From an uncultured delta proteobacterium (GTDB taxonomy: Bacteria; Desulfobacterota; Binatia; UBA9968): DNA of 64,000 bases. Location: positions 1,024,001 through 1,088,000 of the forward strand of contig CAVUVW010000013.1 in the NCBI GenBank assembly GCA_963745035.1, written 5' to 3'. Positions within the stretch are counted from its first letter, which is position 1; the number at the start of each line of letters is the position of its first letter. The position numbers were made by a program, and so were the translations under genes. Positions 33,040-48,978 of the stretch are shown here, in pieces. Under the pieces are notes generated by a model. The model made no database searches. It was not told the origin of the DNA and saw nothing but the letters and a program-made list of their open reading frames with translations.

Positions 33040-33160
33040 CGGATCAGTACATCACAAGGCATACGAATTGCGTTTGTTAAATTTCCTGTAAAGGAATACG
33101 AAGACAGTCGCCTCGTTTTACCGAGCTGAGTTTCTTTATTGGGTTATTTATTGAGTTATT

Positions 33161-35173
33161 ATGCTAGGCAGCCGCATCGGTCCTTACAAACTGGTTCGTG
33201 AGATCGGCGTAGACGCGCTCGGCCAAGTTTTCCAAGCCAGCGATCTCGCAAGTAAAAAACCGGTGATGATCCGCGCGTTAACGCGCGAGGTCGCAACCCG
33301 CCCGGAAACTGTTTCACGCCTTTACTCAGAGGCCAAAACCTTGGCCCTGCTCAATCATCCGCACATCGGGAGAATCTTTGGTTTTATACGTCACAATGAT
33401 CAGCTTTTCCTCGTCATGGAGTTCGTCGAAGGTGAAAGCTTACAGTCAATTTTGCAGGCAAAAAGGCGACTCGCACCTGCGATCGCATTAGCATATTTCC
33501 ACCAAATTCTCTCGGCGGTGGCTTTCGCTCACAAGCTCGGGGTGATCCACGGCGATTTGAAGCCGTCGAATATCATCGTAACGGGATTCGGACAGGTCAA
33601 GGTTCTGGATTTTGCGATCGCGCCGATCCTCGGCGGTCCCGACCCGGAGAGCTTCCGCGGCGGCACAGCGCGCTATATGTCGCCGGAACAAGTTCGGCGC
33701 GAGCCGCTCGATGCGCGCTCCGATATTTATTCGCTGGGCGCGCTGCTTTACGAGTCGATCGTCGGCCGAGCGTCTTTTGACTGCGACGACGACTCAAGCG
33801 CGGCCGTTCGGCCGCCCCAATCGACGCCGCTACCACCCTCGCTGCTGGCGAAAAATTGCCCCGCCTGGCTCGACCGGTTTGTTCTGCGCGCACTGGCGCC
33901 GTCGCCATTGGCTCGGTTTCAAACGGTCGCGGCGATGTCCCAGGCCATGGACCTCGCGGTTGAGAGCGAGATTAGGGCCGCCGCGGCACAACGGCGACTA
34001 TGGCGCCGCCGCCAGCCTCTCCGCCGGCTGCAAGCACGATCATCCGCCCTTTTTGCCGCAGCGCGCCGGATACCGCGGCGGATGCGTGAATCGGCCGCCA
34101 ACGGTTTTGGTGCCGCCGCCGCGACCGTCCGGGAAAAGCGCGCCGCCGCGGCGAGGATGGCAAGTACTGGTTTAGCGAGAATAAATCCCGTCCCCTGGAC
34201 GCGGCGCGGCGCGGTCAAGATCAAATCCAGTCTTTATGGCGTGGCGACTGCGTTGGAGCAAGCCATTGCAGCGTTGTTTCAGGGACTCGCCCAGGGACTT
34301 GCGGCGGCGGCGCAGCGACTCGGCGCCGCGGCCGCAAGCGTCCGACAAAAGCGCGCCGCGGCGGCGAGGATGGCGAGTAACGGTTTGGCGAGAATGAATC
34401 CAGTCCCCTGGGCGCGGCGCGGCGCGGCCACGATTAAATCCAGTCTTTATGGCGTGGCGACTGCGCTGGAGCAAGCCATTGCAGCGCTGTTTCTGGGACT
34501 TTCCAAGGGACTCGCGGCGGCGCAGCGACTCGCCGCCGCGGCGGAAAACGTTTGGCAATCCGGCAGGCAAAGAACCGCCGCGACCGGCCGCTTGGCAAGG
34601 AGCGGTCTGGCAGCGCTCCGTTCCAAGTTTACGATGAAACGTCGCCCCACAGTGCCGGAAAATTGGACGCGCGCGCTTGGGGCTTTGCCGGCAACCGCCC
34701 GTCGATCGCTCGGATCGGCGCGCGCGAAGCTTGGCGCTCTATCGGAAACCGGCTGGCAGAGGTACGCCGCGATCGCGATCGTGTTCGCTTCGGCGATGAT
34801 CGAGATATTCGTCTTTGGCGGCGCCAATACGCTCTTGATGTCCGATCAGAGCCGTCTAATGGTGGCCACGCAACACGGCGCGGCGGAGACCTTACTCGAT
34901 CCGCCGCCCGCTCCCGCCCCGATTGCCCGCGAGGCAATCGACACGCCGCCGCAGCCTAGATCGGTAAAGCGAGCGAGCCCCGAACGGAAGGTTGTCGACA
35001 AGCCGAGCGACAAAACCAAAGCCGCGCCCGAGTCGCGCGTGGCGAAGAGAACGGTGACCTACAGGGCGGAGCTGGAAAGGCCACGGCCGCTGGAGACGAG
35101 GGCGAGCGAGCCGGTCGCGCCGCGGAGAAATACCGAAAACAATGTCCAATTAAACGTGAAATGGGAAAATTGA
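33161..35173 (+). CDS. Hanks-type Ser/Thr kinase-like membrane protein (probable pseudokinase) with an internal 71-aa duplication and one TM helix
   Basis: LNHPHI, VMEFVEGESL, HGDLKPSN, YMSPEQ, SDIYSLG; TM segment AAIAIVFASAMIEIFVFGG. Confidence 0.87.
   Translation: MLGSRIGPYKLVREIGVDALGQVFQASDLASKKPVMIRALTREVATRPETVSRLYSEAKTLALLNHPHIGRIFGFIRHNDQLFLVMEFVEGESLQSILQAKRRLAPAIALAYFHQILSAVAFAHKLGVIHGDLKPSNIIVTGFGQVKVLDFAIAPILGGPDPESFRGGTARYMSPEQVRREPLDARSDIYSLGALLYESIVGRASFDCDDDSSAAVRPPQSTPLPPSLLAKNCPAWLDRFVLRALAPSPLARFQTVAAMSQAMDLAVESEIRAAAAQRRLWRRRQPLRRLQARSSALFAAARRIPRRMRESAANGFGAAAATVREKRAAAARMASTGLARINPVPWTRRGAVKIKSSLYGVATALEQAIAALFQGLAQGLAAAAQRLGAAAASVRQKRAAAARMASNGLARMNPVPWARRGAATIKSSLYGVATALEQAIAALFLGLSKGLAAAQRLAAAAENVWQSGRQRTAATGRLARSGLAALRSKFTMKRRPTVPENWTRALGALPATARRSLGSARAKLGALSETGWQRYAAIAIVFASAMIEIFVFGGANTLLMSDQSRLMVATQHGAAETLLDPPPAPAPIAREAIDTPPQPRSVKRASPERKVVDKPSDKTKAAPESRVAKRTVTYRAELERPRPLETRASEPVAPRRNTENNVQLNVKWEN
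34109..34531 (+). repeat. Intragenic tandem duplication, 213-bp period, 2 copies
   Basis: KRAAAARMAS.GLAR.NPVPW.RRGA..IKSSLYGVATALEQAIAALF occurs twice. Confidence 0.92.
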
Positions 35174-35685
35174 CCACCTGCACCCTCGGATTTTTCGCCG
35201 CCGCCGCGGTTGCGCTTTCCGGCTGTGGCACGCTTTACCAGCAAGCGCTGGTAGCGATGCGGCAACCGGGAGAGCAGATCGCGGCCACTCCGGATCAGAT
35301 TTGGCAGGACTTCGATTGCGGCAATCGCGAGCGGCCGTTTGTGCGGGCTGAATCCATGGAAGTCGTGCCTGAGAGGATCAGACCAGGCGGCCGAGTCAAT
35401 TATCGGCTCGTTTATGTGATGTGCCCCGTCAAGCCCTCGGAAGTGATCAATACCCGCGTATCGCGTAAGATGCTGTTCAAGGGCGCGCAGGTCGCGAGTA
35501 ACGTCAACGAGGCCTTCGAGATCAAACCGGGCCGCTGGGTGGTAGATTCCTTTTTTACCCTGCCGGCAAATTCACCCTTGGGCGTTTATGCGCTCGAGGT
35601 GAGTTTTGAGGCGCCAAACGGCCAAGCGCACAAAAAGGTTCGCAGCTTTGTCGTCGGCAATGAGTCCTACCTTAGCGGCGGCTAA
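35161..35685 (+). CDS. Predicted lipoprotein, beta-rich
   Basis: Lipobox LSG-C; overlaps the kinase stop by 13 bp; FTLPANSPLGVYALEV. Confidence 0.75.
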   Translation: MGKLTTCTLGFFAAAAVALSGCGTLYQQALVAMRQPGEQIAATPDQIWQDFDCGNRERPFVRAESMEVVPERIRPGGRVNYRLVYVMCPVKPSEVINTRVSRKMLFKGAQVASNVNEAFEIKPGRWVVDSFFTLPANSPLGVYALEVSFEAPNGQAHKKVRSFVVGNESYLSGG

Positions 35686-35723
35686 TAGTTTTGTCGCGCC
35701 CCGCTGATTTCCCCGCCGAGCCA

Positions 35724-35987
35724 TCACCCTTGTGGAGATTTTTTTGGATGATACCGGTAAGCCGTCGGCTTCTGCGCGCCGGCGGCGACCAAGCCTTGGG
35801 CGCGCAAGCCGAGCAGAAGCTCGGCAATCTGGGCTTCGCTGATATAAAGCCGCGCCGCTAGCGCCGCAACGCTCCACTCCTTTTTCTGATCGCCCCTCAG
35901 AAGCAGCACCGCCTCTAATTGGGCCACCGAGTCGATTTTGTCCAGGACGAATCGCGTGACGTCGTCGGGAATGAACTGCTCAGCCAT
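35724..35987 (-). CDS. Small wHTH-like hypothetical protein, apparently C-terminally truncated
   Basis: IDSVAQLEAVLLL...WSVAALAARLYISE...GLV...YRY. Confidence 0.6.
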   Translation of the reverse strand: MAEQFIPDDVTRFVLDKIDSVAQLEAVLLLRGDQKKEWSVAALAARLYISEAQIAELLLGLRAQGLVAAGAQKPTAYRYHPKKSPQG

Positions 35988-36371
35988 CGTGCAACTTGCT
36001 TGACTCGATCACGAGCGCTCCGGCGGAGGCGCCGGAGCAGCGCCCACGATAGCACGGGTCGGGCTCATGTCTATAAGGTTTGGGACCGAGCTCGAAATTT
36101 GCCCGCTGATGCCGGGCCCGTACCCCCTCCAGGCCGTCTTGGCCCGGTAGGTCGCCGCTCAAGTTTTCCCCGCCGCTCGAAAAAAACCCCTTGAGACGGT
36201 TCATTTTTGTGAAATAATCGAAGATAATTTTTATCCCGTGCGATTGGCGCCGGCTTTGACGGGGGTTGAGGGCAATTGCACGGTCATGCTTTTCAGCGAG
36301 CGCGACCGGCTTTTACAATTGCATAACATTGTCGACTGACGGCGCGAGCTGGTCAGACCGGAGGAGAAACG

Positions 36372-42362
<5,991 letters not shown>

Positions 42363-42385
<23 letters not shown>

Positions 42386-43952
42386 CCTGTTGATCGTCGA
42401 CGACGATCCGAAAGCGCTTCTGGCCATGGAGGCGCTGCTCTCCGGACCGGGCCGGACCATCGTGAGGGCGGCGTCGGGACAGGAGGCGCTGCGCTGGCTT
42501 TTACGCAAGGATTTCGCCGTGATCCTCATGGACGTGCGCATGCCGGACATGGACGGCTTTGAAACGGCCGATCTCATCCGGAAAAGCGATCGCCTACGCC
42601 ATATTCCGATCATCTTTCTGTCCGCCATCGATACCCTGGAAGCCGACGTCTATCGCGGCGCGGCCAAAGGGGCGGTGGATTATCTGTTCAAACCGGTGGT
42701 CCCCGAAGTGCTGAAAGCCAAGGTCTCGGTGTTCGTCGATCTGTTCCACATGAACGAGCGGTTAAAGCGCAAGGCGGTGGAGCAGAGCGAGGAGCGCTTT
42801 CGGCTTCTGGTCGAGAGCATGCAGGATTACGCGATCTTCATGCTCGACCCCGAGGGGCGAGTGACGTCGTGGAACGCCGGCGCCGAGCGCATCGAGAAAT
42901 TTCAGCAAGCAGAAATCATTGGCGAGCCCTTCGCCTGCTTCTACACCGCGGAAGATCAGGCGTTGGGTTTCCCCGCGCAAGCGCTGCACTACGCAGCCGC
43001 CAACGGCCGGAGCGAGCAAGAGGGCTGGCGCGTGCGCAAGGACGGCGGCCGCTTCTGGGCCAACACGATTGTCTCGGCGTTGCTCGACGAGCGCGAGAGC
43101 CTGGTCGGGTTTTCCGTGGTAACGCGGGACTTGACCGAAAGGAAGCGGGTCGAGGAGGTCCTGCGGGAAAGCGAAGCGAAGCTGCGCCGGCAGGCGCAGG
43201 AATTGGAGCAGCAGCTCATCGCTTCGGGCCGCTTGGTCTCCCTCGGCGTGGTGACCGCTTCGATGGCCCACGAATTCAACAATCCGCTCGGCATCGTCAT
43301 GGGATTCGCGCAGGAGCTTCTGACCGAGGCCGCCCCCGAGAGCCGAAACTATCACGCCTTGAAAATCATCGACGAAGAAACCCGCCGCTGCCAAAGGCTG
43401 ATTCAAGAGCTGCTGCAATTCGCCCGGCCGCGCAGCGCCGATCTCTGCCCCACAGATATCAAGCAGGCAATCGACAAAACCGTGACGATGGTCGCCAACC
43501 GTCTGTACAAACAGAAGATAGAGACCCATATCCTGCTCGACGACAATCTGCCGCTGATCTCCGCCGATCCGCAGCAGCTCGAGCAAGTGCTGATCAATCT
43601 GTTTCTGAACGCCATCGACGCCATGCCCAACGGCGGCCACATCACCGTGCGAGCCGCGCTCGACGCCGCCAACGACAGCGCGCCCGCCGTCACCATTGCC
43701 GTCACCGACGACGGCAACGGCATCGACCCGGGCGATCTGCCGAAGATCTTTCAGCCCTTTTTCTCCGCCAAAAAGGGCAAAGGCATCGGCCTTGGACTAT
43801 CGATCTGTGACCGCATCATCGAGAACCACGGCGGCAAGATCGCGGTGCAGAGCAAGTCCGGCGAAGGCACGTCGTTCACGATTCACCTGCCCCTGCAGCC
43901 GACCGGGACCGAGACCGACGCGGAGGATTCGGCGCGGATTCCGCAGCCGTAA
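42363..43952 (+). CDS. REC-PAS/PAC-histidine kinase
   Basis: LIVDDD/DVRMP REC domain; SWNAGAERI...[12 protein letters not shown]; [16 protein letters not shown]. Confidence 0.92.
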
Positions 43953-44063
43953 CTTGGCTCGACGCGGGGAGCGCCAACCTGCGGCTTCCGGATGAATCGC
44001 TCCCCCTCGCCGCATGGCGCCACGACGATCCACGGCTTTGATCTGTAAGAGCCTCCGGGAGGA

Positions 44064-45146
44064 ATGATGCCCAAGCCAAAGGTCCGCGCCGGCATGCCCA
44101 GCGTGCAGTTGTCAAAAGGCGAATTTTTTGAGCGCGCCCGCGCGCGCTTCTACGATCCGAGCTTCGCCGCGGTAGGCGCGGAGATCGAGCGAGTCATCGA
44201 GACTGCGTGGAAAAATTACAGCGAATATCACAAAAGCCCGCGCACGAGGGCGGCGGGCGCGGGGTTCAGCGATCCAAACTTTCAACTGCCGGTGGAATGG
44301 CTGGACGCTCGCAAAGCGATTCAACAGGCCCAAGCGCGGCAAAAGAACCGTCGCGGAAACTCACGCGTTCTCTTGATCAACGGCTCGACGCGCAGCAATC
44401 AGACCTGTCCGGGAGAAATGTCCAAAACCTACCGGCTCACGAAAGCGGCAGAAGAAGTCATCGCCGGCGCCAAAGGCTTCGAGGTGGACTTCCTCGACCT
44501 CAGCAGGCTCGCGTCGGAGTACGGCCGCGTTATTTATCCCTGCAAGGCCTGCGTGTCCACGGCCATGCCGCTGTGCCACTGGCCCTGCTCCTGTTATCCG
44601 AACCATGCCATGGGCCAGGTCGGCGATTGGATGGCGGAGATTTATCCGCGCTGGGCCGCGGCCCACGGCATCATGATTCTTTGCCCGGTCCACTGGTATC
44701 AGGCACCGAGCTCACTCAAGCTGATGATCGATCGGCTGGTCTGCGCCGACGGCGGCAATCCTGATCCGACTTCGACGCGCGGCAAAAATCCCCAGTTCGC
44801 CAAAGAAGTTGAGCTGAATGGCTGGCACTACCCGCGCCATCTCGCCGGGCGCGCGTACTCGATTGTCGTGCACGGCGACGCAGCCGGCGTCGAAACCTTG
44901 CGCCGCTCTCTTTCGGATTGGCTGTCCGATATGGGACTGATCGCCGCCGGTCACGCGGCGCTCGTCGACGGCTACGTGGGTTACTATGAGCCTTATGCGA
45001 CCAGTCACGATGCACTTGACCGCGACCATGATTTTCAAGAGGAAGTCCGCAACGCCGCGCGCAGCCTGATCAACGCGGTGCGCCTGCTGCGGCGCGGCGA
45101 GCTGAAACAGCCCGACGCCGTGCTGCGCGAGCCGCGTCCGAAATAA
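44064..45146 (+). CDS. Flavodoxin/NADPH-dependent FMN reductase (iron-sulfur flavoprotein-like)
   Basis: INGSTR, CKACVSTAMPLCHWPCSC, PVHWYQAPSSLKLMIDR. Confidence 0.85.
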   Translation: MMPKPKVRAGMPSVQLSKGEFFERARARFYDPSFAAVGAEIERVIETAWKNYSEYHKSPRTRAAGAGFSDPNFQLPVEWLDARKAIQQAQARQKNRRGNSRVLLINGSTRSNQTCPGEMSKTYRLTKAAEEVIAGAKGFEVDFLDLSRLASEYGRVIYPCKACVSTAMPLCHWPCSCYPNHAMGQVGDWMAEIYPRWAAAHGIMILCPVHWYQAPSSLKLMIDRLVCADGGNPDPTSTRGKNPQFAKEVELNGWHYPRHLAGRAYSIVVHGDAAGVETLRRSLSDWLSDMGLIAAGHAALVDGYVGYYEPYATSHDALDRDHDFQEEVRNAARSLINAVRLLRRGELKQPDAVLREPRPK

Positions 45147-45388
45147 TTACCTGTCGGAGAATTTACCCTGCGGCTAATCTACTTTTCCGTGCGGTGTGCG
45201 CCGGCGCTGGTTCATTGGCGATTGTGGCGTTGCCCGCTCCACGCCGCCAATCTAGCGATGGCGGGTGCTTTGCCGCTTTATGCAGGCGGCAACATGATCC
45301 AGGTTCTCTCGCGCTTCACTTATTGTAGTGACGCAAAAGATTCGGGATAATACGGCCCTGTCCGTTGTGAACGAGCGGAGGTGACCAA

Positions 45389-45619
45389 ATGCAATTCAAA
45401 CGTATTACGGTGAACCCAAAGCAGATGGACGGCGTCGCCTGCATTCGCGGCGCGCGCATTCCGGTGGCTACCGTAATCGGCATGATGGCCGACGGCATGT
45501 CCCACGAAGAAATTCTCCAAGCCTATCCGGATCTCGAAGCGGAAGACATTCGCGAGGCGCTCCGCTTCGCCGCCGAGGCCGTGCGCGAGCGCGAGCTTCC
45601 CTTGGTCGACAGCCGGTGA
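45389..45619 (+). CDS. DUF433 putative antitoxin
   Basis: RITVNP.QMDGVACIRGARIPV...EEILQAYPDLEAEDI. Confidence 0.9.
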   Translation: MQFKRITVNPKQMDGVACIRGARIPVATVIGMMADGMSHEEILQAYPDLEAEDIREALRFAAEAVRERELPLVDSR

Positions 45620-45999
45620 ATTTTCTCATCGACAGTTCTCTGTCGCCGAGCCTGGCGGAAAAGTTGCGCGAGGCGGGCCACGATTCGGTGCATGTCCGGC
45701 GCTACGGTATTCACAAAGCCGACGACGAAGTGGTGATCGCCCGGGCGATTCAGGAGGATCGGGTGCTGGTTTCCGCCGACACCGATTTCGGCGCGATCCT
45801 GGCGGCCCGGCAAGTCGGAAAGCTCTCGGTGATTCTCCTTAAGAGGCCTGCGCCGCGACGGCCGGCGGCGCAGGCGAGCTTGCTTCTGGCCAATCGCGCG
45901 ACCATCGCGGATTTGATCGATCAAGGCAACGTCATCGTCTTCGAAGAGAATCGCTTGCGCAGCCGGGCGCTGTTGTTCATGCGCGACGGCAAACGCTAA
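45616..45999 (+). CDS. DUF5615 PIN-like putative toxin
   Basis: FLIDSSLS, GHDSVHV, DDEV, LVSADTDFG; GTGA overlap with DUF433. Confidence 0.88.
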   Translation: MNFLIDSSLSPSLAEKLREAGHDSVHVRRYGIHKADDEVVIARAIQEDRVLVSADTDFGAILAARQVGKLSVILLKRPAPRRPAAQASLLLANRATIADLIDQGNVIVFEENRLRSRALLFMRDGKR

Positions 46000-46035
46000 C
46001 CGCGGGCGATCCCGATCAACCGGCAGGCGCGCAGC

Positions 46036-47205
46036 CTACGTGTCGCGCTCGCTCGTCGGGCCGACTTCGCCGCTGCACCAGGGAACGAAAGCCTTCATCT
46101 TGCAGACGGCGCCATTACGCTTGAGCTCGTTTTCGAAGATCTGGTGGATTTCGCGGTCTTCGTCCTCGTACTCGATCTGCCAGCCGCCTTCCTTGATGTT
46201 GCGATCGGCGTTCTCGCCGCCCCCGCCCCTGCCCTTCTTGTAAAGGCCCATGTCGCCCGGCCTGAGCGCCAGATAGCGCGCCCGGGTGGTGCCGGAGTTG
46301 AAGTGCTGATGGAAACAATTATCGCTCGGCACCGTGACCATGGAGCCCAATTGCCAATCGCACTTGATCATGTCGGAGCGGTCTTCCTTGGTCCAGATCA
46401 GCGAATAGCCGCCGCTGCCGCTGAGTAGCACGAGATGCGCGCCCGGTCCGTGACGATGGGCCTTCTTGTAAGTGCCGATGGGAAACTCGGAGATGTGGCT
46501 CTTGGTATTGTTGTTGGCCATCTCCAGCATGGCGTTGATGCCGCCCGCGCCGCGCTCCTTCCAGCCGTAAAGCAGCATGTCCGGCGCATTGGCGATAAAG
46601 TTCGATTCCCATACCCGGCGGGTATAGAGCTTGCCCTTGCCGCTGAAATAATCGTCTTCGCCGCCGAAGCGGGAGGTGAACATATAAGGATTGTTAAAGA
46701 TAAAGTAGTTGTCGCGGTAGAGCCGCATCATCGGCGGCGCATTGGTGACCGCGATGTAGCGCGCCGGCTCCTGGCCGCTGCCGTTGAAGTTTTGATACCA
46801 GGCGTTGAGCGGTATGGAAAACAAGCTGCCCGCCTGCCATTCGAAGGTCGCCTTCTTTTTTTCATCGTGCCAAACTGACGTGGCGCCGCGCCCCGCGACC
46901 ACGTAGAACGTAAGCTCGTACATGTGATGTTCCGGTTCGGACTTGCCGCCGGGCTTGATTTCTACGACGTGACAGTCGTTGGGTAGATGATTGTGCTTGA
47001 TGTGAATGACCGCGCCCTTACCGCCCTTGCGCTCCCAGGGTCCGAGCTCGATCTTCGCCAAATTCGGAAAGTAATAATCCTCGTACACCTTCACGCCCTC
47101 GTCCTTGAGCCATTCGCCGTACGGATCGGCTAAAAGAAAATCTTTGAGCCCGTCTTTCGGCGTCTCCGCCACTTTCATATCGGTGCCTAGCATGACCACG
47201 TTCAA
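46036..47205 (-). CDS. Bicupin protein (gentisate dioxygenase-like fold); start may be slightly downstream
   Basis: HHMYE...SIPLNAW and KKAHRHGPGAH...FHQHFN cupin motifs. Confidence 0.8.
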   Translation of the reverse strand: MNVVMLGTDMKVAETPKDGLKDFLLADPYGEWLKDEGVKVYEDYYFPNLAKIELGPWERKGGKGAVIHIKHNHLPNDCHVVEIKPGGKSEPEHHMYELTFYVVAGRGATSVWHDEKKKATFEWQAGSLFSIPLNAWYQNFNGSGQEPARYIAVTNAPPMMRLYRDNYFIFNNPYMFTSRFGGEDDYFSGKGKLYTRRVWESNFIANAPDMLLYGWKERGAGGINAMLEMANNNTKSHISEFPIGTYKKAHRHGPGAHLVLLSGSGGYSLIWTKEDRSDMIKCDWQLGSMVTVPSDNCFHQHFNSGTTRARYLALRPGDMGLYKKGRGGGGENADRNIKEGGWQIEYEDEDREIHQIFENELKRNGAVCKMKAFVPWCSGEVGPTSERDT

Positions 47206-47424
47206 AGCCCTCCTATGGAAATCTGATCGAACTTTTCAGCCGTCATTCTCGCCGGACACTTCCGTCCGTGGCTCCGGCCAAAGAATATATTTCATGGTCT
47301 TTGGATTATCCGATCCATGCCAAACTTGTCAACGAGCACGCTATAGTAATCGCAACCCGCGCCTTCTGGAATCCTCGTGCTCGGCTTCAGATTATTCGCT
47401 CCGATCGTGCGGGAGACCGCGATC

Positions 47425-47740
47425 TTGAGACTTGCTGCCATCATCCTACTGTTTTCCCGGTCATCGCATCGGCACAGAGCCAACGCAGGGCGGTCGAACC
47501 AATCGAGCGGGGCAAATACATCGTCGATCAAGCGGCGATGTGTCCGCAATGCCACACGGGCGCGAAACGCTGCGGGTGAGCTGCAGATGAACAAAGATCT
47601 TTTGGGCGCCCGTGCCGGTCGGCGCGTTGATGGAAGGCGTTACCGCCGACGGCAGCGCGCCGAGCGCGCCCATGCCACGCTATCGGATGAATCGCCGCGA
47701 CGCCGAAGCTGTAGTCGCCTACTTGAGAAACTTGCAATAG
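47425..47740 (+). pseudogene. Degraded monoheme cytochrome c gene
   Basis: ERGKYIVDQAAMCPQCHT, then in other frames LMEGVTADG...PMPRYRM...AVVAYLRNL*; several frameshifts. Confidence 0.7.
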
Positions 47741-47936
47741 CCGCCCACATGTTTCGATTTCGATACAGTGAAGCCGCTACTGTCTCAGCCGCGTTCCTCC
47801 GGTCTCGTACGGACGATCCCTGAGAATAAAGTCTTACGATGAAGGGATTTTTCTGACGATCGTCGGGCTATGCTCCCGTGGCCTCCGCGGCGGCAAATCC
47901 TGATTTCTACGGATGAAAATCGCTCTGCGAATATTG

Positions 47937-47952
47937 TGGCACGGCGGTTGCG
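47937..47952 (+). promoter_or_regulatory. sigma54 (-24/-12) promoter
   Basis: TGGCACGGCGGTTGCG matches the TGGCAC-N5-TTGC consensus. Confidence 0.75.
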
Positions 47953-48057
47953 CTTTCTTTTGTGTAAGCACGGTGGAAGGAGAGGAGGCTTATGTGATCA
48001 ACAAATGAATACAGTCGCAGTTATGAAGCAAAAATGAATTAGCAGGGAGGAAATAAA

Positions 48058-48852
48058 ATGATGAAACCACGTATTATTCTTTTGAGCGTTGTGATTGCGG
48101 GGACGCCGGTGATCGTGCCGTTTGCAACCGAGCTGCCCGCCGCCGAACGCGTGCAAAAATCGGAGGATGGAAGCCGGTACAGCGACCGGGATCGCGGGAA
48201 AACTTCCAAAAACGAGGAAGATAGGCTCGAACAAGCGCTCAAGACAGGCGAGGAGAAAAGTTTCTATCGCCGCGAGATCGAGAAGATGGGCTGGAAGATC
48301 ACTGCGGTCAATTATGACAAACCGGATTACGTCGAGTACGAGATCGTCAAAGGCGATGATTCTTACGAGGTGCAGATCGATTTCGACAAGAACAGCAAAA
48401 AAGCCTCGAAGGTCGATGTCGCGACGAATGTCTGGAGAACCGACGCGACGGAAAACGCCATCAAGAACCGCGACAAGAAGGTGGCCTATCCTGGACGCAC
48501 GACGGATAATCCGGAGCGTTACAGCGACCGCGACCGCATGAAGACCTCGAAAAATTCAGCGGACAAGTTGGAGCAGGCGCTAAAAACCGGCGAGGAGAAG
48601 AGTTTCTATCGCCGCGAGCTCGAGAAAATGGGTTGGAAGATCACCTCGGTGAATCATGACAAACCGGACTACGTCGAGTACGAGATCGTCAAAGGCGATG
48701 ATTCTTACGAGGTACAGATCGATTTCGACAAGAACAGCAAAAAGGCCTCGAAAGTCGACGTCGCGATGAACGCATGGAAAACCGACGCCACCAAGCAGGC
48801 CCTGAAACAGCAGCAGCCCAGGCGAAACGCTAATCGCGCGGGCAGGCTGTGA
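48058..48852 (+). CDS. Secreted protein with two 114-aa PepSY-like repeats
   Basis: Signal peptide; LEKMGWKIT...YVEYEIVKGDDSYEVQIDFD twice (342-bp period); GGAGG RBS. Confidence 0.82.
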   Translation: MMKPRIILLSVVIAGTPVIVPFATELPAAERVQKSEDGSRYSDRDRGKTSKNEEDRLEQALKTGEEKSFYRREIEKMGWKITAVNYDKPDYVEYEIVKGDDSYEVQIDFDKNSKKASKVDVATNVWRTDATENAIKNRDKKVAYPGRTTDNPERYSDRDRMKTSKNSADKLEQALKTGEEKSFYRRELEKMGWKITSVNHDKPDYVEYEIVKGDDSYEVQIDFDKNSKKASKVDVAMNAWKTDATKQALKQQQPRRNANRAGRL

Positions 48853-48864
48853 AAGGAGTGAGTT

Positions 48865-48948
48865 ATGCTTCCGGGATTTGTACTTTGGCTGTTAGGAATT
48901 CCGCTTAGTCTGGTCGTATTGCTCTGGCTCTTCGGCTTTCTGAGCTAG
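48865..48948 (+). CDS. 27-aa hydrophobic microprotein (MLPGFVLWLLGIPLSLVVLLWLFGFLS), not in the ORF track
   Basis: AAAGGAG RBS 6 bp upstream; single TM; followed by a terminator. Confidence 0.75.
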   Translation: MLPGFVLWLLGIPLSLVVLLWLFGFLS

Positions 48949-48978
48949 CGGCAACCTGCGACTCTGATCGCACCGCAT

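Noticed and set aside
35980-36204. 74-aa ORF upstream of the wHTH-like gene
   Set aside because: No recognisable domain or clear RBS; probably regulatory DNA between divergent genes.
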